Part shown: positions 50,390 to 58,319 of the stretch, in pieces
Numbering within the stretch: the first letter of the stretch is position 1
Layout of the letters: each line of letters begins with the position of its first letter
Assembly: GCA_965248455.1 (NCBI GenBank)
Contig: OZ252105.1
Coordinates: 2,333,360-2,397,359, forward strand
Source: Dehalococcoidia bacterium
Lineage (GTDB): Bacteria > Chloroflexota > Dehalococcoidia > Lucifugimonadales > Australimonadaceae
Direction of reading: 5' to 3'
Length of the DNA stretch: 64,000 bases
Translations under genes and position numbers: made by a program
The notes under the pieces: generated by a model
What the model was told of the DNA's origin: nothing
What the model saw: the letters and a program-made list of their open reading frames with translations, nothing else
Database searches by the model: none

Positions 50390-50676
50390 TCGCCGTCCGC
50401 TCCTGTGCGGTGGCTGCGCTGGAGCACGAGGATAACCGCGAGTCCCGCAGTCAGGATGACGAACGTCTCTCCCAGCGTATCGTAGGCTCGGAAGTCGGCG
50501 AGGACGGCGGTGACGACGTTCGGGATCTCGATCTCCGACGCGGTGAGTTCGGTAAGTTCAGGGGAGAGGTGCTGACTGGCGGCGGCGTTCACGTCAGCGC
50601 GATCCGGCAGGTCAGCCGTGGACCATATGAGTAGGGCAACCAGCCCTGCAAGGAAGACGAGCGTGAGCCACCTCAA
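50386..50676 (-). CDS. small Mrp/Mbh membrane subunit (MbhE / MnhB-N-terminal-like)
   Basis: 96 aa with ..NVVTAVLADFRAYDTLGETFVILTAGLAV.. motif. ATGA-coupled on both sides. Confidence 0.65.
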   Translation of the reverse strand: MRWLTLVFLAGLVALLIWSTADLPDRADVNAAASQHLSPELTELTASEIEIPNVVTAVLADFRAYDTLGETFVILTAGLAVILVLQRSHRTGADGE

Positions 50677-50918
50677 TCGACGGTACCTCTGCGCATGAGT
50701 TTGACCGCACCGATGAGGAAGACGCCTGTTATGCCCGCGCCCAACGCGGCTTCCGTGAGCGCGACGTCCACAGCGCCCATCAGCGCAAGGAGGGCGGCCA
50801 CGAGGAAGCTGTATGCCGTCAGAGCGGCGACCGCCGCGATAACGTCACGTACGCTGAGCGCGATGACCGCTGCAAGGATGAGGAGCGAGAAGAAGGCGAG
50901 TTCCAACCACCAGATCAT
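50673..50918 (-). CDS. DUF4040 membrane subunit (MbhD / MrpA C-terminal-like)
   Basis: 81 aa from the ATG at 50918 (ATGA overlap with mrpG), with ..DVALTEAALGAGITGVFLIGA.. Confidence 0.65.
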   Translation of the reverse strand: MIWWLELAFFSLLILAAVIALSVRDVIAAVAALTAYSFLVAALLALMGAVDVALTEAALGAGITGVFLIGAVKLMRRGTVD

Positions 50919-51220
50919 GCTTTGTCTCCTCCTCTGCGCCAAGGCATGTAGCCCGTTCGAACTGCTGCACGGGTGAGCAGGTGCGCCGCCACCGGATTGG
51001 CAATGGCAACGAAAACGAGCACGAGCGCAAGTTTCAGGCTGACGAGCGTGGCGCCTTCGCTAAAGATAAGGCCGAGGAGCACGAGCGTGATGCCCAGTGT
51101 CTCAGACTTGGATACCGAGTGGACACGCGAGAAGAAATCAGGCAGGCGGAGCATCCCCAGCGCGGTTAGGGCCATAAACAGGAGGCCGGTGCCGATGAGT
51201 ACGTTGCTCGCGATGGTCAT
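50915..51220 (-). CDS. mrpG: Mrp subunit G
   Basis: 101 aa. ..GMLRLPDFFSRVHSVSKSETLGI.. is typical of PhaG/MnhG. Confidence 0.8.
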   Translation of the reverse strand: MTIASNVLIGTGLLFMALTALGMLRLPDFFSRVHSVSKSETLGITLVLLGLIFSEGATLVSLKLALVLVFVAIANPVAAHLLTRAAVRTGYMPWRRGGDKA

Positions 51221-51492
51221 ACCTGCTCCTCGTCGCGGCGGTTCTCGAAGTACTTGCCCACCGCTACCGTGCCGATGAAGTTGAGCAGCGCGTAAGTGAG
51301 CGCGAGGTCTACGAACATATCTGGCCGTTCGAAGACGAAGCCGGTGAAGGAGAGGAGGACGATAGCGTTCGTGCCGACTGCGCCGGCCGCGAGGAGACGG
51401 TCGTAGACCGTGCGCCCGGCGGCGATGCGGTAGAAGATGACGGCGGTGATGAGCGTGCCGATGGCGAGCGCTATGACGAAGAAGGAGATCAT
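51217..51492 (-). CDS. mrpF: Mrp subunit F
   Basis: 91 aa from the ATG at 51492. ..GRTVYDRLLAAGAVGTNAIVLL...ALLNFIGTVAVGKY is MnhF-like. Confidence 0.78.
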   Translation of the reverse strand: MISFFVIALAIGTLITAVIFYRIAAGRTVYDRLLAAGAVGTNAIVLLSFTGFVFERPDMFVDLALTYALLNFIGTVAVGKYFENRRDEEQV

Positions 51493-52100
51493 CGGCGGAC
51501 CTGTTCGGAGTCGGTGATTTCGCGGAGCGCTATGCGATCCGGTGCGCTCTCCTGGAATACGGCTGCGACCTTGCGTTGGATGCTTCCGTCTTCCAGACCG
51601 AGCCTGCTCTTTGCCGACAGGCAATGGATGAGGAACGTTCCGTCAGATGCGTCTACGGTTACGGTGCCGGGCGTGAGGGTGATGGAGTTGGCGAACAGCA
51701 CTTGGGCATGCTCGGATCTCAGGGACGTTTCGAACTCCACGAGCGACGGCCTTATGGGCAGCCAAGGGTTCAGCACGAGAGCGGCCACATGCAGGTTGGA
51801 GACGAATATCTCCCAGGCCAGCCACGGGAGGTAGAGAAAGAGCCGGAAGATCGTGGCGGCGGCCCATCTGAAAGAGTGGGGAGGGTGGGCAAAGCGCTCA
51901 TCCCGCGTTCCGGCGAACAGCCAGTGAGTGGCCATCGTTGCACCGATGGCGGCGAGCGCCCCCATCGCCAGGTATTCGCGCTCCAGGTGTCCGGAGAAGG
52001 CCAGCCATACGCCGAAGAGAACCAGCGATTGCGCTGTCCACATGACCATCCGGCGTATCCTGCTGGGGCGTGCCTGCGCCATGCGCGGTTCGCTGCTCAT
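51489..52100 (-). CDS. mrpE: Mrp subunit E
   Basis: 203 aa. ..ANSITLTPGTVTVD.. is the MnhE hallmark. Confidence 0.78.
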   Translation of the reverse strand: MSSEPRMAQARPSRIRRMVMWTAQSLVLFGVWLAFSGHLEREYLAMGALAAIGATMATHWLFAGTRDERFAHPPHSFRWAAATIFRLFLYLPWLAWEIFVSNLHVAALVLNPWLPIRPSLVEFETSLRSEHAQVLFANSITLTPGTVTVDASDGTFLIHCLSAKSRLGLEDGSIQRKVAAVFQESAPDRIALREITDSEQVRR

Positions 52101-52175
52101 TGTTGAAGGCGCCTGTGGCTACGAGAGATAGTAGGCTTCGCTTGTGCTGGGGAGGTTCCTGCGGCGCATCGGTTC

Positions 52176-52205
52176 AGGCTACGGAGGAGTAAGGGTGGCT
52201 GTCAA
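52176..52205 (-). promoter_or_regulatory. candidate sigma-70-type promoter of the mrp operon (TTGACA-N18-TAGCCT)
   Basis: Minus-strand TTGACA at 52205-52200 and TAGCCT at 52181-52176, about 75 nt upstream of the mrpE start. The same -35/-10/spacing recurs at 58777-58806 and 59763-59792. Confidence 0.4.
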
Positions 52206-52298
52206 GCAAATTCACTCCCCAGCAGAGACGGAATCTGAGAGGCTTCTCACCATCCCGCAGGCGGTTCTTTCGGCGGCAGCTCCATGCCGATCACAGGC

Positions 52299-52739
52299 TC
52301 AGGCTGGCTCACGGGGATGGGGCCTCCGCTGCGGCTTGATGGCGACGAGCTCGTCGCGGAGGTCACGGGCTACGGACGAGCGCATGAGCGGCGTGCAGAG
52401 GCTTCCCAGCAGCCCGGCGAAGTCGCCGTCTATGCGCACGGTTGCGCCGTTGGGGTTCGGGCTGACGGTGTAGGCGTGCTTCCCGGAGTAGAGGAGCCGG
52501 ATGCCGAAGCTCGTCTCCAGGTGGCTGGGCGAGGGCAGCGAGGTTACCGTGACCGTGAAGGTACGCCGGTCGATCTGCAGCGCAATCTTCGCTCCCTCGA
52601 CGAGCGCTCCACCGAGTACCTCGGCCCTGCCGACTCGGCCGGAGTACGTTGCGCGGGAGGGGTAGTCTATGACGGCTTGCCATGCTCGTTCAGGGTTTGC
52701 AGCTACGGCTATCTCTTCACTGATGCGCACGCGTGTCAC
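52299..52739 (-). CDS. SRPBCC (polyketide cyclase/START-like) family protein
   Basis: 146 aa. N-terminal ..ISEEIAVAANPERAWQAVIDY.. is typical of SRPBCC ligand-binding proteins. Confidence 0.65.
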   Translation of the reverse strand: MTRVRISEEIAVAANPERAWQAVIDYPSRATYSGRVGRAEVLGGALVEGAKIALQIDRRTFTVTVTSLPSPSHLETSFGIRLLYSGKHAYTVSPNPNGATVRIDGDFAGLLGSLCTPLMRSSVARDLRDELVAIKPQRRPHPREPA

Positions 52740-52836
52740 TCCCGGAGAGGTAGGATATTCTGGGCACGGCTGTTGGGGGAGTCAATGAGGCGTTGGCAGA
52801 TAAGGGGCGTATACTCGCGGGAGCGGGAGGTATGGT

Positions 52837-53628
52837 TTGGCACTCACCTTTGAAATAGGCGATGTGGAACACCCCAGGGGCCACGCGATGCTGTACTTCG
52901 GCAGTCCGGAGACGGAACTGCTGGCGACGTACATCATCCTGCTTCCGGTGAAGATGGACGTCACCAAGTATCTTCCGCCTATGCTGGCCGCTCAGCTGGG
53001 GAGCATGGGCGGCAGCTTGCTTGGCGCAGCAGCCGACAGCTTCGCTGCGCCTCCGATCCCCGAGGCGGTGGAGTCGATCGAGCTTATCCGTCATCTTGCG
53101 GAGATTCGCGGCGATGACTTCGTCTGGGGCGGCAACATCGTGCTGGGCGACATGCAGGCTTCGATGGTGCAAACGGCGGAAGCGGTTCAGGAGTACGCGA
53201 CGCTGTACCGTAGCTACATCCAGGCGACGCCGGAGCCGTTGCCACCGGCGGTGCAGGAGCTCGGCGAGGCCGGGGGCAACGTTCTGGACGTGATGTACGA
53301 ACTGCTGGGCGACCGCGGCAGGCTGGGCGAGATGTCCAGGTTGGTGGGGACGATGCGATTCGCCGTTGAATCGAATGACGCATCGCTCATCAAGGAGACG
53401 GATGCCTCGTTGGCGGCGCTGTCCGGGATGCTGCCGGAGCGCTTCTGGGCGGACCGAGTGCGCTCCGTGGCGCAGGATCCGTCGGAGACGGCGTCGAAGC
53501 TTGCGCAACTGTACGTCGAGCGCTGCTACAAGCTGATGGATGAGGACTTCGCGTCGGTGGATGCGCTCGAAAGCGAGATTGCGAAGTTGGCGGAGGAGAG
53601 GCCACCGCGCGAGGATCTGCGCGCGTAG
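52837..53628 (+). CDS. hypothetical protein (263 aa, TTG start)
   Basis: Long ORF with high GC3 and a GGGAGG SD. No recognisable motif. Confidence 0.6.
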   Translation: MALTFEIGDVEHPRGHAMLYFGSPETELLATYIILLPVKMDVTKYLPPMLAAQLGSMGGSLLGAAADSFAAPPIPEAVESIELIRHLAEIRGDDFVWGGNIVLGDMQASMVQTAEAVQEYATLYRSYIQATPEPLPPAVQELGEAGGNVLDVMYELLGDRGRLGEMSRLVGTMRFAVESNDASLIKETDASLAALSGMLPERFWADRVRSVAQDPSETASKLAQLYVERCYKLMDEDFASVDALESEIAKLAEERPPREDLRA

Positions 53629-53639
53629 CGCGGCGCGGG

Positions 53640-56597
53640 TCATTCCGCATAGGTCATCGACGCCCAGTCCGTGCCGGTCTTGATGTCTATCTTGATGGGG
53701 ACGCTCATCCGGATGGCGTTGGGCATGACCTCGTTCAGCATGGCCTGCAGGGGTTGGTCTTCCTCGTTGGGGAGCTCGAAGACGAGTTCGTCATGCACCT
53801 GCAACAGCATCCTGCTGCGGAAGCCGTCGGTTTCGAGGCGCTTCTGGATGGCGACCATGGCCTCGTTGATGACGTCGGCGGAGGTGCCCTGGACGGGCAT
53901 GTTGAGGGCGATGCGCTCGCCGGCCTGCCGCACGGGGTAGTGGGGTGAGCGCAGTTCCGGTATGTAGCGCCGGCGTCCGAGGAGGGTTTCGGCGTAGCCG
54001 TTCTGCTTGGCGTTCTCGACGGTCTCGTCGAGGAAGCTCCGAACTGTGGGGTAGTTGGCGAAATAGGAGTCGATGAAGGCCGCGCCTTCTTCGCGGGTCA
54101 TCTCCGTCTGCTGCGATATGCCAAAAGCGCTGAGTCCGTAGGCGACGCCGAAGTTCATGACCTTGGCGAGCCGCCGCATGTCCCGCGAGACCTCGTCCAA
54201 GGGGACGCCATAGATGCGAGCGGCGGTGGAGGAGTGGATGTCCTCGTCGCGGTCGAACGCGGCCATCAGCTCGGGGTCCTGGGAGAGGTGGGCGAGCACG
54301 CGCAGGTCGATCTGCGAATAGTCGGAGCTCATGAGTATCCACTCGGGGCGTTGCTCGGCGATGAAGGCTTCGCGGACGCGCAGGCCGAGGGGCGTGCGGA
54401 TAGGGATGTTCTGGAGGTTGGGATCCGAGCTGGCGAGCCTGCCGGTTGCGGAGCCCGCCTGGTTGTAGGTGGTATGGATGCGGTGGGTGCGAGGGTTGAC
54501 CTGCTGGGGCAGGGTGTCTATGTAGGTGGATTTGAGCTTGCTGATTTCCCGATAGCGCAGGACGTGGCCGATGACAGGGTGATGGTAACGCAGGCCCTCC
54601 AGGATGGAGGCGTCGGTGGAATAGCCGCTCTGGGTTTTGCGCCCCGCGGGCAGTTTGAGGTCTTTGAAGAGCAGGTCTCCGAGTTGGGAGGGGGAGTTGA
54701 TGTTGAACTCGTGGCCGACGGCCTCGTAGGCGGCGCGTTCCTCGACGGCGATCTCACCGGCGGTCTCTTCGTCGAGCTCGGCGAGGATGCCGGTGTCGAC
54801 GGCTATGCCGTGGGTCTGCATCTGCGCGAGTACAGGGACGATGGGCATGGCGTGGCGGTTGTGGTAGGTGGTGAGGTTGTCGCGGCTGAGGTCATCGGCG
54901 AGGGCGTTCGCGAGCCGCAGGGTAACGTCCGCAGTGGCTGCCGCGTAGGCAGCGGCGTCAGCGATGGGAACCGCATCGAACGTTCGTTGGTTGCGTCCTG
55001 AGCCGACGAGGTCGGAGAGCGCGGGAATCTCGATGTTGAGGCGGTTGAAGACCAACGGCTTGAGGGCGAGCGCCTTCTCTCCGCAGAGGTGGGCGGCAAT
55101 CATCGTGTCGAAAGCGACGCTGACCGATGTGGGCGGGAGGCCGTAGTTGGAGAGGAGCGTGAGGCTGAAGTTGAGGTTGTGGCCGGTGACGGGCTTCTCC
55201 CGGAGGACGGGCGTCAGCGCCTGAATCACGTCCTGGGGAGAGAGTTGGCGTTCCGCCGCTTCACCGGCGTGGCCGGTGGGGACGTAGCAGCCCTCGCCCT
55301 CCTCGACGGCGAACGCTATGCCGGTGAGGGTTGCTTCCATGGCGCGGGGGGCGCTGGCGTGGGCTTCCATCGCAAAGGCCGGAGCGGCTCGAAGGCGCTG
55401 CACGAGCGCATCGAGCGCGGCGGGCGTATCCACGATGGTTACGCCGGTGGCTGCGTCGGCGGAGGGGGCGGGCTCCTCCGGGGGCGGCGCGTCGGCGTCC
55501 TGCTCAGCGAGGGGGAGCGGGATGCGCGGGACGAGGCTGCTGAACTCCAGCTCATGGAAGACGCTCAGCACATCGTCGCGTGTGAACTGGCCAAAGCGGG
55601 CGTCGTCGATCTCGAAACCGGTGGGGGCCGCGGTGTCTATGGTGACGAGTTGCTTGCTGAGTGCGAGCTGCTTCGCATGCTCTCGCAGGAGTCCCTGGAT
55701 ACGCGGGGGTTTCACCTGATCCACCTGCTCGGCGAGGGCTTCGACGCTGCCGAACTGCTGGATGAGCTTCACGGCGGTTTTCAGGCCGATGCCGGGCACG
55801 CCGGGGATGTTGTCCGAGGTGTCGCCGGTGAGCGCTTTGATGTCGCGCTGCCGGATGGGGTCGAGGCCGCCATAGCGTTCCCGGACGGCGTCCACGTCGT
55901 AGATGCGGATATCGCCGAAACCGGTGGTGAGGAGGATGCGGACGTAGGGCGAGACGAGTTGGAGCGTGTCGGTGTCTCCGGTGGCGATGAGGGTGTCGAC
56001 GGCGTTCTCGGTGGCCCAGGCGGCGACCGTTCCGAGGACATCGTCTGCCTCGTAGCCGGGGGATTCGAGGATGGGGACGCGGAAGGCGCTCATGACCTGC
56101 TTGACGCGGTCTATGTTGCGGACGAGTTCGCGGGGAATCGCGGGGCGGGTGGCTTTGTAGTTGGGGTCCAGCTCATGGCGGAAGGTGGGGCCAGGGAGGT
56201 CGAACGCGATGGCGGCGTGGGTGGGTTTGTGGTCTGCGAGGGTCTTGAAGAAGGTGGTGGTGAAGGAGTAGACGCCCCGGACATCTTCGCCGGTGGCGCG
56301 GATGGTGAAGGGGCGCGTCTGTTGGAGGGCGAACCACGCGCGGTAGACCATTGCGTGGCCGTCCATGAGGAGGAGTAGGGGTTTCTGGTTGATTGGGGAT
56401 GCTTCGCTTGGGGCTTCACCCTCATTCCCGCCTTCTCCCCTCAAGGGAGAAGGGATCAGACCGCCTTCGTGGGAACGACGAGGCTGGTCGGCCGGGGCTT
56501 CACCCTCATCCCCGCCTTCTCCCCTCAAGGGAGAAGGGGTCAGGCCGCCGGAGTCGAAGAGGGAGGGCCCGGTGGGGGGCGGGGACTTGGGGGGCAT
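53640..56597 (-). CDS. polA: DNA polymerase I, with a ~72-aa repeat-derived N-terminal extension
   Basis: 985 aa. 5'-nuclease domain (LLLMDGHAMVYRAWF), 3'-5' exo-like domain, and polymerase motifs (..DYSQIDLRVLAH.., ..RRLAKVMNFGVAYG.., ..QVHDELVFE..). Confidence 0.95.
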   Translation of the reverse strand: MPPKSPPPTGPSLFDSGGLTPSPLRGEGGDEGEAPADQPRRSHEGGLIPSPLRGEGGNEGEAPSEASPINQKPLLLLMDGHAMVYRAWFALQQTRPFTIRATGEDVRGVYSFTTTFFKTLADHKPTHAAIAFDLPGPTFRHELDPNYKATRPAIPRELVRNIDRVKQVMSAFRVPILESPGYEADDVLGTVAAWATENAVDTLIATGDTDTLQLVSPYVRILLTTGFGDIRIYDVDAVRERYGGLDPIRQRDIKALTGDTSDNIPGVPGIGLKTAVKLIQQFGSVEALAEQVDQVKPPRIQGLLREHAKQLALSKQLVTIDTAAPTGFEIDDARFGQFTRDDVLSVFHELEFSSLVPRIPLPLAEQDADAPPPEEPAPSADAATGVTIVDTPAALDALVQRLRAAPAFAMEAHASAPRAMEATLTGIAFAVEEGEGCYVPTGHAGEAAERQLSPQDVIQALTPVLREKPVTGHNLNFSLTLLSNYGLPPTSVSVAFDTMIAAHLCGEKALALKPLVFNRLNIEIPALSDLVGSGRNQRTFDAVPIADAAAYAAATADVTLRLANALADDLSRDNLTTYHNRHAMPIVPVLAQMQTHGIAVDTGILAELDEETAGEIAVEERAAYEAVGHEFNINSPSQLGDLLFKDLKLPAGRKTQSGYSTDASILEGLRYHHPVIGHVLRYREISKLKSTYIDTLPQQVNPRTHRIHTTYNQAGSATGRLASSDPNLQNIPIRTPLGLRVREAFIAEQRPEWILMSSDYSQIDLRVLAHLSQDPELMAAFDRDEDIHSSTAARIYGVPLDEVSRDMRRLAKVMNFGVAYGLSAFGISQQTEMTREEGAAFIDSYFANYPTVRSFLDETVENAKQNGYAETLLGRRRYIPELRSPHYPVRQAGERIALNMPVQGTSADVINEAMVAIQKRLETDGFRSRMLLQVHDELVFELPNEEDQPLQAMLNEVMPNAIRMSVPIKIDIKTGTDWASMTYAE
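56410..56546. repeat. two tandem copies (84-bp period) of the CACCCTCAT(C/T)CCCGCCTTCTCCCCTCAAGGGAGAAGGG hairpin repeat inside the polA 5' coding region
   Basis: Copies start at 56410 and 56494. Stem CTTCTCCC / GGGAGAAG. Confidence 0.9.
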
Positions 56598-56600
56598 GGG

Positions 56601-56954
56601 CTACCTACCTCGGAAAGGCTTGAAGAAGCTATGAAGGAAGTTGCGCTGGTGGGCCCAGCGGTGGGCCCGTTTCAGCGCTTCGTCCGAGAGGATGCCGTCG
56701 GCGGTGGTTACCTTGATGGCCTTGTAGCCTTTCGCGGGGAGGAGGGGGGCGTCGTCCGAGACGGCGACGACGTAGCCCTGCTGCGCGAGCCAGTCCCGGA
56801 GCGCCTCGTAGCCCTTCGCTTTGCGGTTCGGGGTTACGTAGATATAGAAATCCCGGGAACCCGCGACCTCGTGGAAGTGCTCGTCGGCGATCTCCGTGCC
56901 TTTGCCGGAGCCCTCGCGGAGTTTGGATCGATCCATGCCTTGACGGTAGACCAT
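56601..56954 (-). CDS. hypothetical protein (117 aa), translationally adjacent to polA
   Basis: High GC3. The stop lies 3 nt before the polA ATG, and its 3' end supplies the polA SD (GAGGTAGG). Confidence 0.6.
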   Translation of the reverse strand: MVYRQGMDRSKLREGSGKGTEIADEHFHEVAGSRDFYIYVTPNRKAKGYEALRDWLAQQGYVVAVSDDAPLLPAKGYKAIKVTTADGILSDEALKRAHRWAHQRNFLHSFFKPFRGR

Positions 56955-57027
56955 GGTGGGATTCTAGCAGGGCGCGGCGTTTCTCCAATCCCCTGCTCTT
57001 TTGTTCATCCCCTGGCATCTCCTTCAT

Positions 57028-57381
57028 TCAGGGCCGGGGGTCGTGAACGAGGAGGCGGCGCACCGGGCACCGGCATCGTTTGCCGATGGAGGAGAGCCGC
57101 GATTGGGCGAAACCGTGGACGAGCGCTATGACCATGCGGTCCACGTCCGGGACGCGTTCGTCTTTCTCGCATTGCTCCACGTAGTGGAGCACCGGGTTGC
57201 TGCGGATGACGGGGATGTCAGCGCGGGCGACAGCCAGGACGAAATCGATCGGTTCCGGGGTGGGCTCGCCCCGCGAGAGGGCAAGTTCCCACCGATCGAC
57301 GAAATCGACGGCGAGGGGCAAGGCGACGGCCTGCGCGCGCTGGCAGACGAGGGTGCGCTCTATACTTCGCAGGGAGGTCAT
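57028..57381 (-). CDS. hypothetical protein (117 aa)
   Basis: High GC3. ATGA overlap with the upstream HTH gene. Confidence 0.55.
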   Translation of the reverse strand: MTSLRSIERTLVCQRAQAVALPLAVDFVDRWELALSRGEPTPEPIDFVLAVARADIPVIRSNPVLHYVEQCEKDERVPDVDRMVIALVHGFAQSRLSSIGKRCRCPVRRLLVHDPRP

Positions 57382-57941
57382 GACTGGTCCTTCAGGAGTT
57401 CGATGGCGTCGTCGATGACATTGATGCGACGGCGGATGTCCTGGCGCTCTTCGACCTTCATAGAGACGCTGACAGCGACGCGCACCGCGTTGAGCCTGAT
57501 GTAGGGGCTGGGGTCTGTGAGCAGATCGGCGAGGATGTTGACCCCGTTGAGGGCCAGTTCCTGGTATTCGTTGTGGCAGAGGGCAGCTGCGGCTCTGCGG
57601 CGGTCTTCGAGTTCAGCGCGGAAGGCGGGGTTATCCATCCAACGTTGGAGGGTGGTTCTGGATATCTGCGCGGCGCGGGCGCCTTCACGTTCGGATCGAG
57701 CGGAGAGGATATGCGGCATCGCGAGTTCTTGTTTCCGGGTAAGTTCGTGGACGGGGGGGTCGAGCACTGGCCCTATTTGGCCCTGTTTGGCCCCGTTTAC
57801 TTCTAGCGCCGGGGGGTGAAATGAGGCCACCGTGGCTTCGTTTGGCACTCCCTCACTGGCTCCGTTACGCCTGACGTGGGCGGGGGACGGAGATATAGCG
57901 GCCTCGTTGGTGGCCTCGTGCTGCGTATCCGTTGGGTTCAT
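57378..57941 (-). CDS. helix-turn-helix protein (phage small-terminase/regulator-like HTH) with a repeat-derived N-terminus
   Basis: 187 aa. ..LTRKQELAMPHILSARSEREGARAAQISRTTLQRWMDNPAFRAEL.. is HTH-like. The N-terminal ~55 codons are homologous to composite repeats A and B. Confidence 0.6.
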   Translation of the reverse strand: MNPTDTQHEATNEAAISPSPAHVRRNGASEGVPNEATVASFHPPALEVNGAKQGQIGPVLDPPVHELTRKQELAMPHILSARSEREGARAAQISRTTLQRWMDNPAFRAELEDRRRAAAALCHNEYQELALNGVNILADLLTDPSPYIRLNAVRVAVSVSMKVEERQDIRRRINVIDDAIELLKDQS

Positions 57942-58003
57942 CGCTTTCGACCTCCGATGTTGTTAGCGGGCAGCGCCCTGGAGAGTTCAAGGGCTTGTGC
58001 GCC

Positions 58004-58060
58004 CTGAAGGCATAGTAGAGGGCGTCTTGTCGAACACGCAACGGCCATTTGTCATCAATT
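58004..58060. repeat. 57-bp direct repeat R1 (partner 58172..58228)
   Basis: CTGA(A/G)GGCATAGTAGAGGGCG..TGTC.AAC.C.CAACGG.CAT.TGTC.TCAATT, with 48 of 57 positions identical by hand count. Confidence 0.85.
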
Positions 58061-58105
58061 TGGTTTGCGCGGAATGACCAGAGGAAGGGAAGCGGGCGGA
58101 CAGGG

Positions 58106-58160
58106 GGGCCTCACCCTCATCCTATCCTTCTCCCCTCCAAGGGAGAAGGGACCTGCATCC
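58106..58160. repeat. hairpin repeat (CACCCTCATCC...CCTTCTCCCCTCCAAGGGAGAAGG) between R1 and R2
   Basis: Same family as 56410, 56494, 58940 and 59886. Confidence 0.85.
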
Positions 58161-58171
58161 ACGCGAGGGGA

Positions 58172-58228
58172 CTGAGGGCATAGTAGAGGGCGGCGTGTCA
58201 AACGCACAACGGGCATCTGTCGTCAATT
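58172..58228. repeat. 57-bp direct repeat R2
   Basis: See R1. Confidence 0.85.
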
Positions 58229-58319
58229 GTTGGCGTGGGTGGCTACTGGCGGCGTACGGGTGAGGCAGCACTTGGTTTCCGGGCGGCGTTCGCATACGAG
58301 GGCGACGCGCGATGGAGGT

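Noticed and set aside
44483-52100. Membrane-bound [NiFe] hydrogenase (Mbh) or respiratory complex I fragment
   Set aside because: Only the Mrp-like membrane subunits are present. There are no NiFe large or small subunit, NuoB/C/D/I or NuoH-like genes in or next to the operon.
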